A stretch of DNA of 64,000 bases, taken from contig NW_027361680.1 in NCBI RefSeq assembly GCF_039654945.1, positions 558,001-622,000 on the forward strand, in the 5' to 3' direction. This stretch comes from Dendrobates tinctorius (lineage: Eukaryota). Position numbers and translations under genes: made by a program. Of the stretch, positions 24,571 to 39,260 are shown one piece after another (positions within the stretch are counted from its first letter, which is position 1; every line of letters starts with the position of its first letter). Under the pieces are notes generated by a model, which saw nothing but the letters and a program-made list of their open reading frames with translations, was not told the DNA's origin and did no database searches.

Positions 24571-25269
24571 GACTCTGGTATACCCTGATTTGACCTGCTG
24601 TGATCCCTGACTTGCCCCATGTCTGTTTATTCCCTCTGTGTGTCCTGACTTAGTGTTTCCCTGTAAGTTTGTTAATTCCCTGGATTTGACTTGGCTTGCA
24701 TTCAGACCTGCTTCTGTCTTTTGTCTTTATCTTATCCGCTTCCGACCGTTGCTAATCCCCTGGCTTTTTTCTGACCACGTGTACTGCTGTGACTTCTGGA
24801 ACTTCTGCTCCTGACTGTTTCTGACTCAGCTCATCTGACCACTCTTTCCCCACTTGGTAGTGCTTGTGCTGCTGCTCAGTGTTGCTATGCTGTGTATGTG
24901 CAACCTATCTTCCTTCATCAGCACCCCATGGTGGAGGTTTCTTTTGCTCGTTGCCACTTTGTATGTAGGGAGTTTTTTACCTTGCGCTGCACTGGGATTA
25001 TCCTTTTTGTATCTACCTCCATTATGTGTTTATATATGTCTGATATGGTTTTTAACTTGTATCAATAAAGATTTACATATTTTTTTCTATATTCTATATT
25101 CTAATGTGGTTTATGGTTACTCTATTTTTTCTTCTGGATTACATGTTATTTGGAGTACTCCACTATTATTAAATTTGTCCTTACTATTAGGTGGGGGAAT
25201 CATGATGGTTATTTAACTAGTTCCCGATCACATTTATTAAGTTATGAAGGTTTTGAATTGTTTTTCAAT

Positions 25270-26151
25270 GTAGTATATATAGTATATATATAGTATGCAT
25301 GTTGCATGCATGTAGTATATATGTTGTATGTATGTTGCATGCATGTAGTATATATGTGTTATGTATGTAGTATGTATGTAGCATGTATGTAGCATGCATG
25401 TTGTATGTAGCATGTATGTAGTATGTATGTTACATGTAGTATATATGTAGTATGCATGTTGTATGTATGTAGCATGTAACTCATCAGTAGCATGTAATTA
25501 TTTTTTTTTTTTTTTTTTACATTCAACACATTAGCCGGAGGATGGGACTACTACTGTCCCATCATTGGCTAATGTGTCAATCACTGTCATGGTAGCAGGC
25601 ATCGCCCGATGGGACTTGTAGTCCCATCGGACGATGCCTGCACAGACTACCAGAGCCAGCACAGACCACCTGCAGGCCGGCACAGCCCCCCGGCAGGCCG
25701 GCACAGCCCCCCGGAGCCTGCACAGACCACCGGCAGGCCGGCACAGCCCCCCGGCAGGCCGGCACAGACCACCGGCAGGCCGGCACAGACCACCGGAGCC
25801 TGCACAGACCCCCCGGCAGGCCGGCACAGCCCCCCGGAAGGCCGGCACAGACCACCGGAGCCTGCACAGACCCCCCGGCAGGCCGGCACAGCCCCCCGGC
25901 AGGCCGGCACAGACCACCGGAGCCTGCACAGACCCCCCGGCAGGCCGGCACAGCCCCCCGAAAGGCCCGTACAGACCCCAGAGAGGCTGTACAAGGCAAA
26001 AATAGGGTTTTTCTTATTCCGATACCGGAAGTCCCATAGACTTGAATGGGACTTCCGGTTTCGGAATCGGCGATACCCGATATTTTTTTTAGATCGGCCG
26101 ATACCATCCGATCCGATACTTTTAAGTATCGGACGGTATCGCTCAACACTA
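25270..26151. mobile_element. Orphan right arm of the palindromic hAT element, copy B
   Basis: gctcaacacta|ATGCTAAT at 26151. Confidence 0.85.
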
Positions 26152-28769
26152 ATGCTAATGTAATTTCATTTCCAGTATCAATACTAGAAAAACACGGACG
26201 GCACATGGACGACACACTGATTGAACACACTGGCGACACCGATATCGGTGTAACACATACGTGTTTTATATGGACATGTGAAGGGGGTTTAACAGTGTTG
26301 TTGGTGGAATATTTCAGGATTGGGGGCCCCACTTTGAATTTTGACCAGGGCCCCATTTTATCTAAAACCGGACCTGTCTGTGACAGAGCACTCAGTGCAC
26401 GGGCGGCCATTGCTCTCGGCAGTGCAGTCCTGTTTACACAGAATGATGCTCTGCTGAGAACAATGATCTTTTGCGCAAATCAAAAGATCATTTCACCCAT
26501 TGAGCAAGTATTTTGCTCATTCATCTACGTCAGGGGTGGGCAAATAATTTTCCTAAGGGGTCACATGAGGAACTTGGACAGTTGTAGAGAGCCAAACTTA
26601 ATTCAGCTCAATAGTTTATTGTTTTTGAAAATACGGTTTAAATTAGATGTACAGTATATACGGGTAAGAATACAGGTTACATAAGCTTTATAGTAAAATC
26701 TACTAAAAGCTAGCCAGGATATGTTACCCCTACACCAAAGCAAGTACATTTTCACTTCTTTAATTGTCTTTTTAACTAGCAATGCAATGATGGCTTATTG
26801 CATACTTGCATTCATGTGTCCGTCTGGCGACGGAGAATCCTCACAGTCGGTAGGATTCACAGGTCTGCAGTTATATAGAGCGTCTGAAGACTTGTAACCT
26901 AAAGGATGGACAACTCCTGTCATGATATTTTCCAGTTATAAATTTCTAGAATTTAATCTCCAGCACTGGATTAAAATAATAAAATATGATGTTACTCACC
27001 CCAAATTTAGCTCTACCATTTTGCCACTGCACTGATCTCTATTTACTGGCTGTAGTAGTGACAGCCCAACTACAGCTCACATCACTGCTGCTGCCAATCA
27101 CAGAGCTCAGCAGCTCATGTGGTCTGCATGGAGCGGAGTCGCTGAGCTCATTGGCTGTGGAGGTGAGGTCTGCTGCACTCGTCCCATCACCACTGCAGTC
27201 AGTAACCAGAGACCATAGCAGAGGCAGAGAGGTGGCCATGGAATAGCGTAGGGTGCATAACTTCCTATTTTATTATTGTAACCTACTACTAGCTATTTGA
27301 GGCAAAAAAATCATAACTGGAAAATATCATTAAATAATAACGTACACTTACACTTCGTTCACTGGCAGCGTTCTTGCACTCTGAGCCTCGTGTACCCATG
27401 TCATTGTCACAAGCATGTCATTGTCACAGGGAGGCTGCAGTTATCCGCAGCCACAAGAGACACATGGTTGAAAGCAGCTGAATGACACCTGTGTATTTTT
27501 CTGTTATTATTTTATGCAGCTGGTTACTGACATGTAGACGGGTTTACCATTATTGAGGTTATCCACAATGAGCCGTAACTGATTGGCTGCAGCCTTTACA
27601 GTTTTGTCAGAGCAGACATCCACCCTGACAGAATATTGATCAGCTGCAGCCAAGTCACATTACCCTCCGCCAACAGCAGAGCCGACATTGCCAGAACGGT
27701 GTCACTGCTGGAGGGGAGTATTCATTATTTCCATTTTAACTAGGATCCTAAAATGATTACGGGAATCTGTCATGCCAGATAATGCAATTTACCTGCAGGT
27801 ATGTTGTTAATCTGCAGGTAAATAGCTTTAGGCTATATTCCCATGATCAAAGCGCGGCAGTCTATTGAACGCAGGTGAATCCCCATGTGATCACTGAACC
27901 GTGTGAATTCACTGTGTCCAATACATTATGTGAGTGACATGGAGGCTCGCATCTCCACAAGACAAACTGACATATTGCGGTCCTGAACGACGCGCCACAT
28001 GTCAGTGTCAGTGTGTGATCCACGGGTGTCTGTGGATGCATAGTAAACATAGGATTTCTTGAAATCTCATCCACTATGCTGTAACATCTAGTCGCTGAGG
28101 TTTTGACCCTGCACAAGTACTAATACTGATTGTCTGCAAGTAACCTTAGAAAGCCATTCAGCTGCTACAATTTCGACCCAGCAACCGGGAAGGATTTAAC
28201 TTTATTCCTACCGGCAGCATCTCACATTCAGAGATACTGCTTCAGTACATCATGAGTGGCAGATATAAGCAGTAGAGCCAGGTCTGTACTGATGCACTAC
28301 AAGGCAAGCTGTCAAAGTATCGGGACATGCTTACAGCGGCTCCTCACTATGTACGGAGCGGTAACTGTAGCCGAGTCTCAGCCTGAGGCTGCCGGGAGGA
28401 TTCAAGTTAATTTCTTCCCATAACTGAGCTTTCAATGCGGTTGCACAGCTGTAGAACACTATTAACCTGTAGATTAAACCTCTATCTGCAGGTTAATAGC
28501 GTTTACACATTATGAATGTCATTTCTATACATGTGCCTTATTTAAAGGGGTTGTCTAGGCTTGGGGCTCAAGTCTCCAGTTACTCTATGTAACGGTGTAA
28601 GCATTGTCAGGATTCTCTATGAGCAGGCAGTTGTGTGACCACAAGTACGTGATTTGCATTCCTCCGACCACATTTTGGCTAGACGTGTCCAGCCTCGCTC
28701 AATACGCTTGCAATATCTAGTCGGATTGTGGCCGGGAGTACGCAAATCACATACATTTGATATATTGTG

Positions 28770-31700
28770 ATACATGCCTCCTTTCCCATGTGTGCTGTTT
28801 TCCTCGCACTGCATGTCCTCCTGCCAGGTTGGGTCAGTCTCTATGTCATCCACCACCTCATCTTCCACATCCGCACCATGCTCCTCCTCCTGACTTTCCG
28901 GCAATTGTGTCTCATCATCATTCACCTCACGTGACCGTGGCTGCTCAAAGATTTGTGCATCGCTACATGGAATATCATCTTGCCCCACTTCAAGTGGAGC
29001 GGGCGAGAGGCACGAATCTCCAAATGGATAACTGAACAGCTCTTTGGAGTGTCCGAGTGTGGTATCAGTTGTCTCAGGGCACTCGACATAGTGGGAGGAA
29101 GTAGGATCAGGGTGAGTAGTATCTGGTCAAGAGTCACGGCTACTCATAGTTGACCATGTGGAAGATGTGGTGGTGGTGGTGGCTAAGTGACTGGAAGCAT
29201 TATCTGCTATCCAATCAACAACCGTTTCACATTGCTCTGGATTCAATAGTGGTGTGGTTCGGTTCCCTAGAAACTGGGACAGGAAGGTCGAGTGTGCAGA
29301 TGTGGGTCTTTGCTGTGGCACACTTTCTGCTTGACCCCGGCCTCATCCTCTGCATGCACCATCAGCATCACGTCCACTTCCCCGTCCCTTGCCTTGCCCA
29401 TTTTAAATGAATTTCTGAAATATTTCAAAACCTCAATACAAATGGATTTCTTATGAGAAAAATTAGATGTGATAAGTATGTGGGTCGCCCTCCCAGGGCT
29501 GGCGGGGTACTCAGTACCGGGCCCGATGAGCTTCAATGGGAGATGTCACGGCAGCGGGGACCCGGCCCGTGGCCCTGGGCGCCCATTGTAAAAGGGGAAT
29601 GTTCAGTGTGCTTATGGTGATGAGAGTTTATGAGTGATTTGTGATGCCACCTGTGGTGTTCGGCAATGAAGATGTTAAGTCGACACTGCAGACAGATCCT
29701 CTGGGACAGATGGTGTGGTGCAGCAATGATGTTATAGCCCTCCACAGGCAGGGCTGTAGTCCCAGGGCAGAGTAGGTGAAGTGACTCGTAGATGGTGTAG
29801 TGTCAGGCGCAGGGGATGTAGCAGTGCCGGGCAGGTTGACGCAGGAATAAGTGGAGGACACCAGGGCATGTAGTTCCAAAGCTTTACTCACAGTCTGTTG
29901 TGGTACAAAGGCCCGCATCCACACCGTGTCCTCCGGGTCAGGAGCTCAGCCAACTTCCAGGCAAGATGAAGTACTCCTTTCCAACACTCCGCCAACATAT
30001 GTGCCTTTTCTGAACGTCTCCCTCTTAGCGCCTTAAGTGAAGTACTCACAGTACTGAGTTACACTGGAGTTCCTCCTGTCAGAGGTTCCTATCAACTCTA
30101 CTTGTACGGCAGACAGCTGTAGCCTGCTTCTGGGACACCTTACTACCTAGTCCCGGCTCACTCACAATGCTGTTGTGCCCTCAAGTCTTGTGTGGGAATA
30201 AAGTGGTGACAACTTCTATTCCTCCGGTGTCTGCTGCAGGACCATTAGTATCCATACAACCTCGGGGACCGGACCCCGGCCTTGCGCTTAGAACTTGGGA
30301 AGGGTTCTCCTCTAACCCTTATCCTTAGTCCTCTTCTTCTCCTCACGTTCCGTACTAATCCTTTCCTTCTTGTGACAGCGGACCCAGGTCACTCAGGTCG
30401 GCTTCCTTCCATCCATCCCACTCCGGGAATCTTCTCTCCTCCTCTCACTCTGTCAGCCTCACTGACTGAATGCCTCAATCCTAAACTCTTCCCGCTCTTT
30501 TAGTGCAAACTAAACTCCACCCGCCTCCCAGCACGCTTCGTGTTCCAAGCAGGGAGCCACCAAACGGTGCTTTGCTACACTACTATGTTGTGTGGGATGC
30601 AGGTGTTGGAGTGTGGTCAGGTGTCTCCACCTTACCTGGATGGTGGGATACCACACCTCAGGAGGAGGTGCAGTACCTCTGTGGCGACTGAACCCTCAGG
30701 GGCGCCAAATATGCCTGCAAAGCAAACAATTTTACACCACAGATACACCAGGCCTCAGCCTGAGATGACAGACTGTATTTAATTTTTTATTATTTTTTGA
30801 ATACCAAAGACTGTTGGATATAATGACTGTGACAGTCAAGCCAAAAAAAGGACACCAACGTAAACTGGCCAAACTTTCACCACGCACAGATAACAGCTGA
30901 TATGCAACCAAACACAAAAGATAAAAAAGGAGAAAAAATAAATTAACCAACAGCCATAACTAAGTATAATACATATAGATAACCAAGTGGTATTTATTGC
31001 TTGCTGACCATAAGGACTAATGAATAATAACACCAGGACAGTCGAAAATTATACAAATAGCACAACACAAAAAGAGACACACATCGACCATATGTCCCAC
31101 ACTGCTGTTGATTATTATTTATTCACAATTTTATGTTACACTGCACAGTAGTGTGTTTTAATGTTTTTTAAGCAATATTTGCAATATTGGAATGCCCTTA
31201 CATCTGGATAGTGTTGCCCGATTTTTTTGCATATACTGAAATTTAATCCATGCATTGTTGTTTTTCTTCATTATTTATTTTACTGCTACATTAATAAAAT
31301 ATATATCATAATTTTGGGACTTATGGTCGATGTGTGTCTCCTTTTGTGTTGTGCTACAGATAACAGCTGGCACAAAGATACCGCACTAAAAAATGGGTGG
31401 CCTTTTTTATTTTTCTTTGGCCTAAATACTGCTTTATTGCAGCAAAACTAACAGGCAGGCAAAAAAGAAAAAAGCCATAAACTGGCCAAAATTTCACCAC
31501 GCACACATAAGAGCTGGCACGGAGATACCGCATCAAAAAATGGGTGGCCTTTTTTAATTTTCTTTGGCCTAAATACTGCTTTATTGAAGGAAAACTAACA
31601 GCCAGGCAAAAAAGAGAAAAAAGCCGTAAACTGGCCAAATTTTCACCATGCAGATAATAGCTGGCATGAAGATAACGCACCAAAAATGGGTGGCCTTTTT

Positions 31701-32293
31701 TTGGCCTAAATACTGCTTTATTGAAGCAAAAATAACAGCCAGGCAAAAAAGAGAAAAAAGCGGTAAACTGGCCAGAATTTCACCACGCACAAATATGATA
31801 TATGTAATGCTCTATATACGCACACATACAGTGCCTGCAGGCCTTGCACTGATGTGTATACAGCAACGTACATCCCCCTGCCTGCCTAACTCTGGAACCT
31901 ATATACTTCAGAATTAGTCCTTACAAGGACTGTTGGTTTAGCTGGATGTGAGTATTTAGGATGGTAGACCCCACACTAACTGAGAATTGCACAATTCTGA
32001 CCCTATCAAGGCAGCTGCTCTCCCTACACTCTCTCAAAACAGAGCTGATTGTGGCGAGCAGGGCGACATCCGATCCCTTATACCCCTGATGATGCTGTGC
32101 GGCCAGCCAATCACTGCATGACCACAAGAAAGATGGCATGCGGCGTTTTATGGCCTGGCAGGCAATCCCTGCACTGTGATTGGGTCTTTAAAGTTCACCA
32201 ATATTGTTGTGTGGAGACCCGAGTTCCCGCCGAGTCATCCTGGAAATACTCGGGCAAGTACCGAGTAGTGGCGAGTACGTTCGCTCATCACTG
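28770..32293 (-). mobile_element. hAT element 5' fragment, copy B
   Basis: Duplicate of 12285-15808. Confidence 0.75.
29481..30709 (-). mobile_element. Solo LTR, copy B
   Basis: Duplicate of 12996-14223; terminal CA mutated to AA. Confidence 0.85.
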
Positions 32294-32457
32294 CTGACTG
32301 AAACTCTAACTAACTTCCTCCTCCTGACCAGAGAAAGCAGCTCCCCTGAAGTCAGGTTCAGAGCTCCACCTGCTGGCCCAGAGCAGGAACTGTGTTGCAT
32401 GTGTGGTGCCCCTGAGGGTTTAGTCACCACAGAGGTACTGCACCTCACCCAGAGGCA

Positions 32458-35400
32458 GAGACATCCAATATCATTGCTCAATCTACTATCTCCAGTGAAT
32501 TCTTGAAGGTTCCTCCAAGAGAAACCAGAGGGCGAGATTTAGAACGGGAATTATTCCACCATGTGAATATAGAACTTCACTGTGCAACCCTCACTGAATA
32601 TTTGAAAGTACAGCGTCTCCCCAGAGGTCTAAGGGTGCCTCTCCGCCATATCCTGTTTAGCGAATCGTCCGATTATTGTTCTAAATTTGAAAAAATACTG
32701 AATGTCCCTTTGATCTCATTACTCTTACTATAGAGCACCTACATAAAGCGACTGAAACAAGTTCAGAGCGAATCAAGAGTATTGAGACCCAACTTGCCTC
32801 AGCAAGTACTGCAGAGGAACAGGGTCAACTCAAAACTCAGATCCAGAACAACATAGATCAACACAGAAGGGACACTGAGAACAAAAAGAGAAATAAGTTT
32901 GCACGGGACGCAGAGGATTACCAACTGGACCGCGTGTATAAATGGCGAGACAAGCCTACCACCAGACGTCTTCATCAAAGATCTGGGGTTCGGTCCTCGA
33001 CAGAACTGTCTACCTCTGGCTTGGAAGAGGAGAGGAGAGATCCTCCACCCACCAGCCGTTTTTTAGGTCAATGGAGGAGACCACAAACAAGAAAAGAACT
33101 AGACGAGGCCATGGCCACAGGAGGGACTCACGATCAACCCCGCACAACACGCTCACAGGTACCTGGCCACTTGTGGTCAATATTTCCTCAAAGAAGCTAG
33201 GGATCGTCATGCTCGCCATGTCTGTCATGTCAGCCATGTCTGTTTTGCCTCATGACCCCTGGAGCGGTGTGCACGCGCATCTCATGTCTGCTATCCTGCA
33301 TGTTCCCTAGAGCAAAGCACACTCACCTCATGACTGTTGAGCTGCGGGATGCCTGCGTTTCTGCTCTGCCTTCTGTGATCGTCTCGTCATGTCTAGAAAC
33401 CCTGATCATGTGTCCTTCCTATGTTCCAGCAGAGGCTGGTTCTGCATTCATCTCTGCATGTCTGGAACTCTAATCATGTGACCTGCCTAGGTTTCAGCAC
33501 TGGTTCTGCTATCATCTCTGCATGTCTGGAATCCTGATCATGTGACTGCTCCCTGTGATCCTGGAGGAATGAACTGGAAGTTCTTCCCTGGTCCTGACCC
33601 GGAAGTGGAGGTGCTATGCCCTATATCAGACCGCCCCTTCCAATGCTCAGGGCCTGAGTAGTGTGTTGCTTCCCTGCATGGCTGCTTGGTCTGCTGGGTT
33701 GCTCCCTGTATTCTGTGCCCTTGCACTTTGCTCTGTCGTGCGTCTCTGCACACGCTCCGTGCTCGTATTCCGTCTCTTGTCTCGTGCTTTGTCTCGTGTT
33801 GTCCTTCGTGCTTTGTTTGTCCTCGCTATGCTTCCTTATTATGCAAAGTTCTGTACCCTGTCCCTGACGTGTCTCTCTACACGTGCAGGCCTCCGCTCTG
33901 TACCCTGTCCCTGACGTGTCTCTACACGTGCAGGTCACCGTTCTGTACTCTGTCCCTGACGTGTCTCTCTACACGTGCAGGCCTCCATTCTGTACCCTGT
34001 CCCTAGCATGCCTCTCTACACGTGCAGGCCTCCGCTCTGTACTCTGTCTAGTCCCAAGGCTCTCCCTTGGCCCGGCACTGGGCTTCGACCTATGCTCCGC
34101 TGCTAGACTCTGTCCCTGGCGTGTCTCTCCACACGCGCAGACCTCGTCTTGTACTTTGCCCTTGGCATGCCCTCTGCATGCGCAGGACTCTGCCTCTTAC
34201 CCTATGCCTTGTCTCTGATGTTCCGTGCCCCCTTGCACTTTTCGTACTAGGCTTTGCCATGCTGTTTCACATGCGTCTCTGTCCTGTACCTTTGCCTAGC
34301 CCTGCCTTGTGGCTCCGTGCCCTCGTGCACGCGCCTGGTCGCCCTGTGCCTGCCTGTTGTGCCTCAGCCGTGCCGCCTCTAGTCGTGCTCGCCTGTGTGC
34401 CTCAGCCGTGCCCGCCGTCCAGTGCTATAGTGGTTACTGGCTGTGTGAGCCGCAGCTGTGCCGCCTCTAAGTCGTGCCCACCTGCTTATGCCACCGTCGG
34501 TACTGTCTGCAGGTGCCCCAGTCGTGGTTTCCGTGCTCCCTTGCGCGCACGCTGGTTTTCGCACTGTGCCTTTTCGTGCTACTCTTGCACAAAGTCTTTT
34601 GCTTACTTTGCTCTGCTCTGAACCCTGTCTTGCCTGCCAGATTCCGTAACCTGCCGACCGCTGTCAGAGGTCCGGACCTAGATGACTGCGGCCTGATGTC
34701 CGGAGCTGATTTCCGCAGTCTGATTCCTGGACCCTGTCGGTCGATGCCAGCACCCCGGATTCCGATGCCACCGTACCCTATCTTGGTCCCTGGCGTGTCT
34801 CTTCGCACGCGCAGGCCACCGTCCCTGTACCTGTCCCTGGCATGCCCCTTGGCATGCGCAGGCCTCCGTCCTGTGAACCTGACCGGGGCATGTTCGTTGA
34901 CACGCATCCTGTTTCTAACTTTGTCTTGTCTCCTTGCATGAAACCCTGGTTTGCTTACCGGATGTCCGGAACCAGCCGATCACCTTCAGAGCTACAGAAC
35001 CTAATGTCCCGGTTGATCGTTGCCTGCTGTCCGGAGTCCAATGTCCTCGTGCCTCTGTCTACCATCTGCACGTACCATGCTTTGGACCTCGGCATGCTCT
35101 TGCACGCACCTTGCTCTATGTACTCTGTGTGTTCACGTTTTGCACCTGTTATACTCTGAAGTGTTCCTTAATGAAGTTTCCTTGAACTAACGTCTTGTCT
35201 CGGCTTGTCTTGTTTCCCTGATCCGGCCGTCTGGTCCAGCTGCTGTGGTGGCTCACCCCCTTGGTCTTGCCCCTGACACTCCCTGTATAGGGGGTGGATT
35301 CTCACAAGGTCAGCTCGCCCTAGGTGGGTGGGTGCCACGGCCCAGAGGGTCCAATCATTCAAAAGGAAAATGACTCAGCGTAAGCTGATGCTCGTCACAG

Positions 35401-38400
35401 GGATATCTGAATATAACGTTTTACAGAAGGGTCTTTCCTTCTCCCCTGCTTATAATTTCAATACGTTCAACATGGAGATGGATCTCCAATGTTTCTTTCG
35501 CCGTCTGAGACTTAAAGTTTACTTTTCTCAGTCTCCCCCGTTTGATACTCCTATGCCTAACTCTAATATGAACAGTAAATTACTCTCTGCAGCTAGTCTG
35601 GGTCTCAAAACAAGAGCCACTTTAGACCTCCATAGGGTTCCCATGACCTGGAGGCCTTTATAGGCTTTGTAAATAAATCTTTCACTGACTCTGCTCAGAT
35701 ATTGATCGAGGTCTCTACACTACCCTGCCAACTTGTCTGCTTCAGATCTACAGGCCCTTAAATCACTACAAGAGGACCCTGATCTGATTATCAAACCATC
35801 AGATAAGGGTGGTGCCTTGGTGGTAATGGACAAAACTTTCTACGTGACATACCACACCAACACGGTATTGAGTCAGTCAACAAACTATTATCCCATGCAG
35901 GCATGATACCTGATCAGGCCAATCTCTGTCTTGACCTGTTGTCTATTGTTCTTACTAAAAGATTTTCCTATTCCAGGAAAGATACTATCTTCAAAATCGT
36001 GGGACCGCTATGGGCTCTAATGTAGCGCTAACTGCTACATGGCAGACTACGAGAGTACTGTGAGCTATGCCAGCCAGTTATACCAGGATAATGTCTTGAT
36101 GTGGAAACGCTTCATAGACGATATCTTCTGTATCTGGCAAGGAACGGTCAAATCACTTTCTTTTCTTCCAGTTACTCAACTCTTCTTGGCCAGGCCTATC
36201 CTTCACAATGTCCTTTGATAGAAATTGAATCAATTTTCAAGATACCCTAGTTCTAGAAGACACAGAAGGCAAGCAAACTACAGACCTATATATCAAAAGT
36301 ACGGACAGAAATAGCTTATTACATTATCAAAGTTTCCATCCAGTATCGGTAAAAAAATCCATCCCAAAGTCTCAGACACATAGAATTAACCGCATAGTAA
36401 CAGACCATATTCTACGTCAACAGCAGGTTAATGAACTACATACCAAGTTTTAAAACAGAGGTTACCCCAGTCTGTCCTATTGCAAGCACAGGCGACACGG
36501 CCCTCTAATCGCACGAATGCTAGCGAAAGAATCCCTTTCGTCCACTCATATCATCCATTTGCCTATCGGATACATAGATCCATACGTCAACATTGGCATT
36601 TTTTACATGAAACCTACCCAGAAATTTCCAAACTCCAACAATCTTTTCTACCGTGCTTTAAAAGACCACCCAACATTAGGGACGTGCCGACATAGGCACG
36701 ACCACTACTATTTCCAGTCAGCTCATCCTTCATACCCCGAGATGTGGTACATTTCCGTCCTTACATTGCACCCAATGTGGCAACGTACTTAAAGGGGAAA
36801 ACATCCATCATCCCCATTCAGGCAAGAAATACAAAATCCTGAAGTACTTCACCTGCGACACACCATTTCTAGTCTACCTAATCAAATGTCCATGCGGTTT
36901 AGCCTATGTGGGAGAAACCACCCAGCCCGTCAAAGATCGCATTTCCAAACACAAATCCACCATCCGCAGTAAAAACCTTTTATTACCAATCCCCCATCAT
37001 TTCATTACCCACAACCATAAAATCTCTCAACTCCGTTTTCAAGTCATTGAACAGGTCCCACTTCGAAGACGAGGGGGTGATCGCATAAAAAGAATAAAAG
37101 AACGTGAAGCCTTCTGGATTCACAAATTGGGTACCCTACACCCGAGAGGCTTAATTAGTGACTACAATTTGGGATCATTCATTCAATCCCTGGGACACAC
37201 CCCTTTGTATGTGACTACGGTTCAATTTGAATTATGTTAAATGACTTTAGATCTGGCATTTATGATTCCCACTGATTTATGTTCCCTTATACTATGTGCT
37301 GATGTATCATTTATGCATTTCTACTGGCCATAGGCAATGTTTATTGCCATTTCTATGTATTGATTATATGCATCTAATTCTATGTCCTTCTCTTTTAGAG
37401 CCGGTTATATTGACCTCTTCCATCTCCATTCTTCCTTTGGATTGGCACTGAACCTCTTTCTCACCATCACCGCTCTATATCAGCTATAATAAGAGGGATA
37501 CAATTGTGTAATATCACTTCAATATAGATTCCTATGGGGGAACGCAAACAAAATGGCCGCTGGAACACAAAAGGCAGCCGGCCAACCCCCCGGCAGGTCC
37601 GTACAGACCCCCGGCAGCCGGCACAAGCCCCGGCAGGCCCGTACAGACCCCCGGCAGCCGGCACAAGCCCCCGGCAGGCCCGTACAGACCCCCGGCAGCC
37701 GGCACAAGCCCCCGGCAGGCCCGTACAGACCCCCGAATGTTGGCACAGACCGCGCATCATGATAACATCATTTCAGCAGCCAATCACAGCCACAACAGTG
37801 GCTCATTGCATTATGGGGACTTCCGATTACGGTATCCGATATTGAAAAAATATCGGTACTCGGTATCGGAATTCCGATACAGCGAATATCAGCCGATACC
37901 CGATATTTGCAGTATCGGAATGCTCAACACTACTTATTTCCCATTGGGGATTTTCCTCTTTTAGCGCCCCATACACTTGTGAAAGTGACCATACCGGTAG
38001 GCATTCATACATATTATTCTCCCACTATAGGGACTTTGTCCCTTATTCACCATATGATAGAAATTATATCTGTTTTCCACCATAGAAACATGTCTCACTA
38101 AATATCCACAGGATTCCCACGAATCCCTGACACTCCTGTATAGTTTGGTATGTTTCTTCCTCTTTCCTCCTTTAACTGATGTAATGAGACGCAAAGTTGA
38201 GCATTGTATTTTGGACCTCTATATGTTGGTCAGATATATTTATCTGACTCGGACCAATATTACCCATCTCTGTATGTACTTTATTTTTGCTGTTCTCATT
38301 ATGAATTTAATAATGATTATTTATTATTTTTTTCTGTTCTGTAGTAATTGATAAAGGCCAAATGCGGCCGAAAAGTTTTGCCTTGACTACATTAAAAGTT

Positions 38401-38474
38401 AAAAAAATTCATCTTTAAGTTGAGTGCCTAGTTTATTTTTATTACTTCATGGTGCTGGATCCTACTACGGCACC
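32458..38474 (+). mobile_element. Penelope-like retroelement 2, copy B, with a 422-bp RT deletion
   Basis: Duplicate of 15973-22457 lacking copy A 19411-19832. Confidence 0.9.
33205..35399 (+). mobile_element. Solo-LTR-like insertion, copy B, one 47-bp unit shorter
   Basis: Duplicate of 16720-18961 with TSD GGGAT. Confidence 0.75.
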
Positions 38475-39260
38475 TTCCTTAGTAGTGCACACAGTTCTCT
38501 ATTAATACTACCAACCAGTAATGACTGTCAGACAAAGTTTTGACAATATGAGGGTCATGGGAAAGGCAGCACAACATAAAGTCAGCCATGTGTGGCAGAC
38601 TGCTAACCGGCAAGACTTCCATGTACTCACCAAGAAGATGACTGACCATGCTATCCTCCTCCATGTCCTCAGGCCATCCATGCTGAACAGATGGTTTGAC
38701 TGTTGTGCTTGTAGTAACGTCTATATCACATGAAAGTAGTTCCTGTTCTTCCTCTTCCTCCTCTTCCTCATTGTCAACCAATCCACTTTAGGATGACATG
38801 AGGTTGGGCTCTGTGAAATCACCCTGTATGCTTCCTTGCTCCATCTCATCGTGTTCAGCCTGCAATGCCACCTCTTTGATTGTGAGCAGAGAGCATTTCA
38901 GAAGACAGAGAAGCGGGATGGTGACGCTAGTTATGGCATCAACGCCACTCGCCATCTTTCTGGACTCCTCAAAGTTTTGTAGTATGGTACATATGTCTGA
39001 CATCCATGTCCACTCCTGAGGTCTCATGTGTGGAGTCTAAACTGAATACTGATGGCCTTGTTGATGATGGTAGTCAACAACTGCCCTCTTCTGTGTCATG
39101 ATCCAGATCGAGGTTTGAGTCCTGTCTTTCCATGCTCCCGGTATGGTCATTTCAGGGGTTAACTTTTCTCAGCCCAAGTCTGGTTTCAGGTTTGCTATTT
39201 GGCTCCGCTGCATACTGCAGGTGATGTGAGATATAGTTCTGCCTTCGGCGTGTGTATCTG

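Larger units (their letters stand above)
8439..24941 (+). repeat. Tandem segmental duplication, copy A (about 16.5 kb)
   Basis: Near-identical sequence and ORF set recur at an offset of about 16.0-16.5 kb. Confidence 0.97.
23077..24941 (+). mobile_element. Solo LTR, copy A, truncated by the duplication junction and carrying a Rex1 insertion
   Basis: Begins TTCTG|tgtcatg; the complete version is 39094-41977. Confidence 0.7.
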
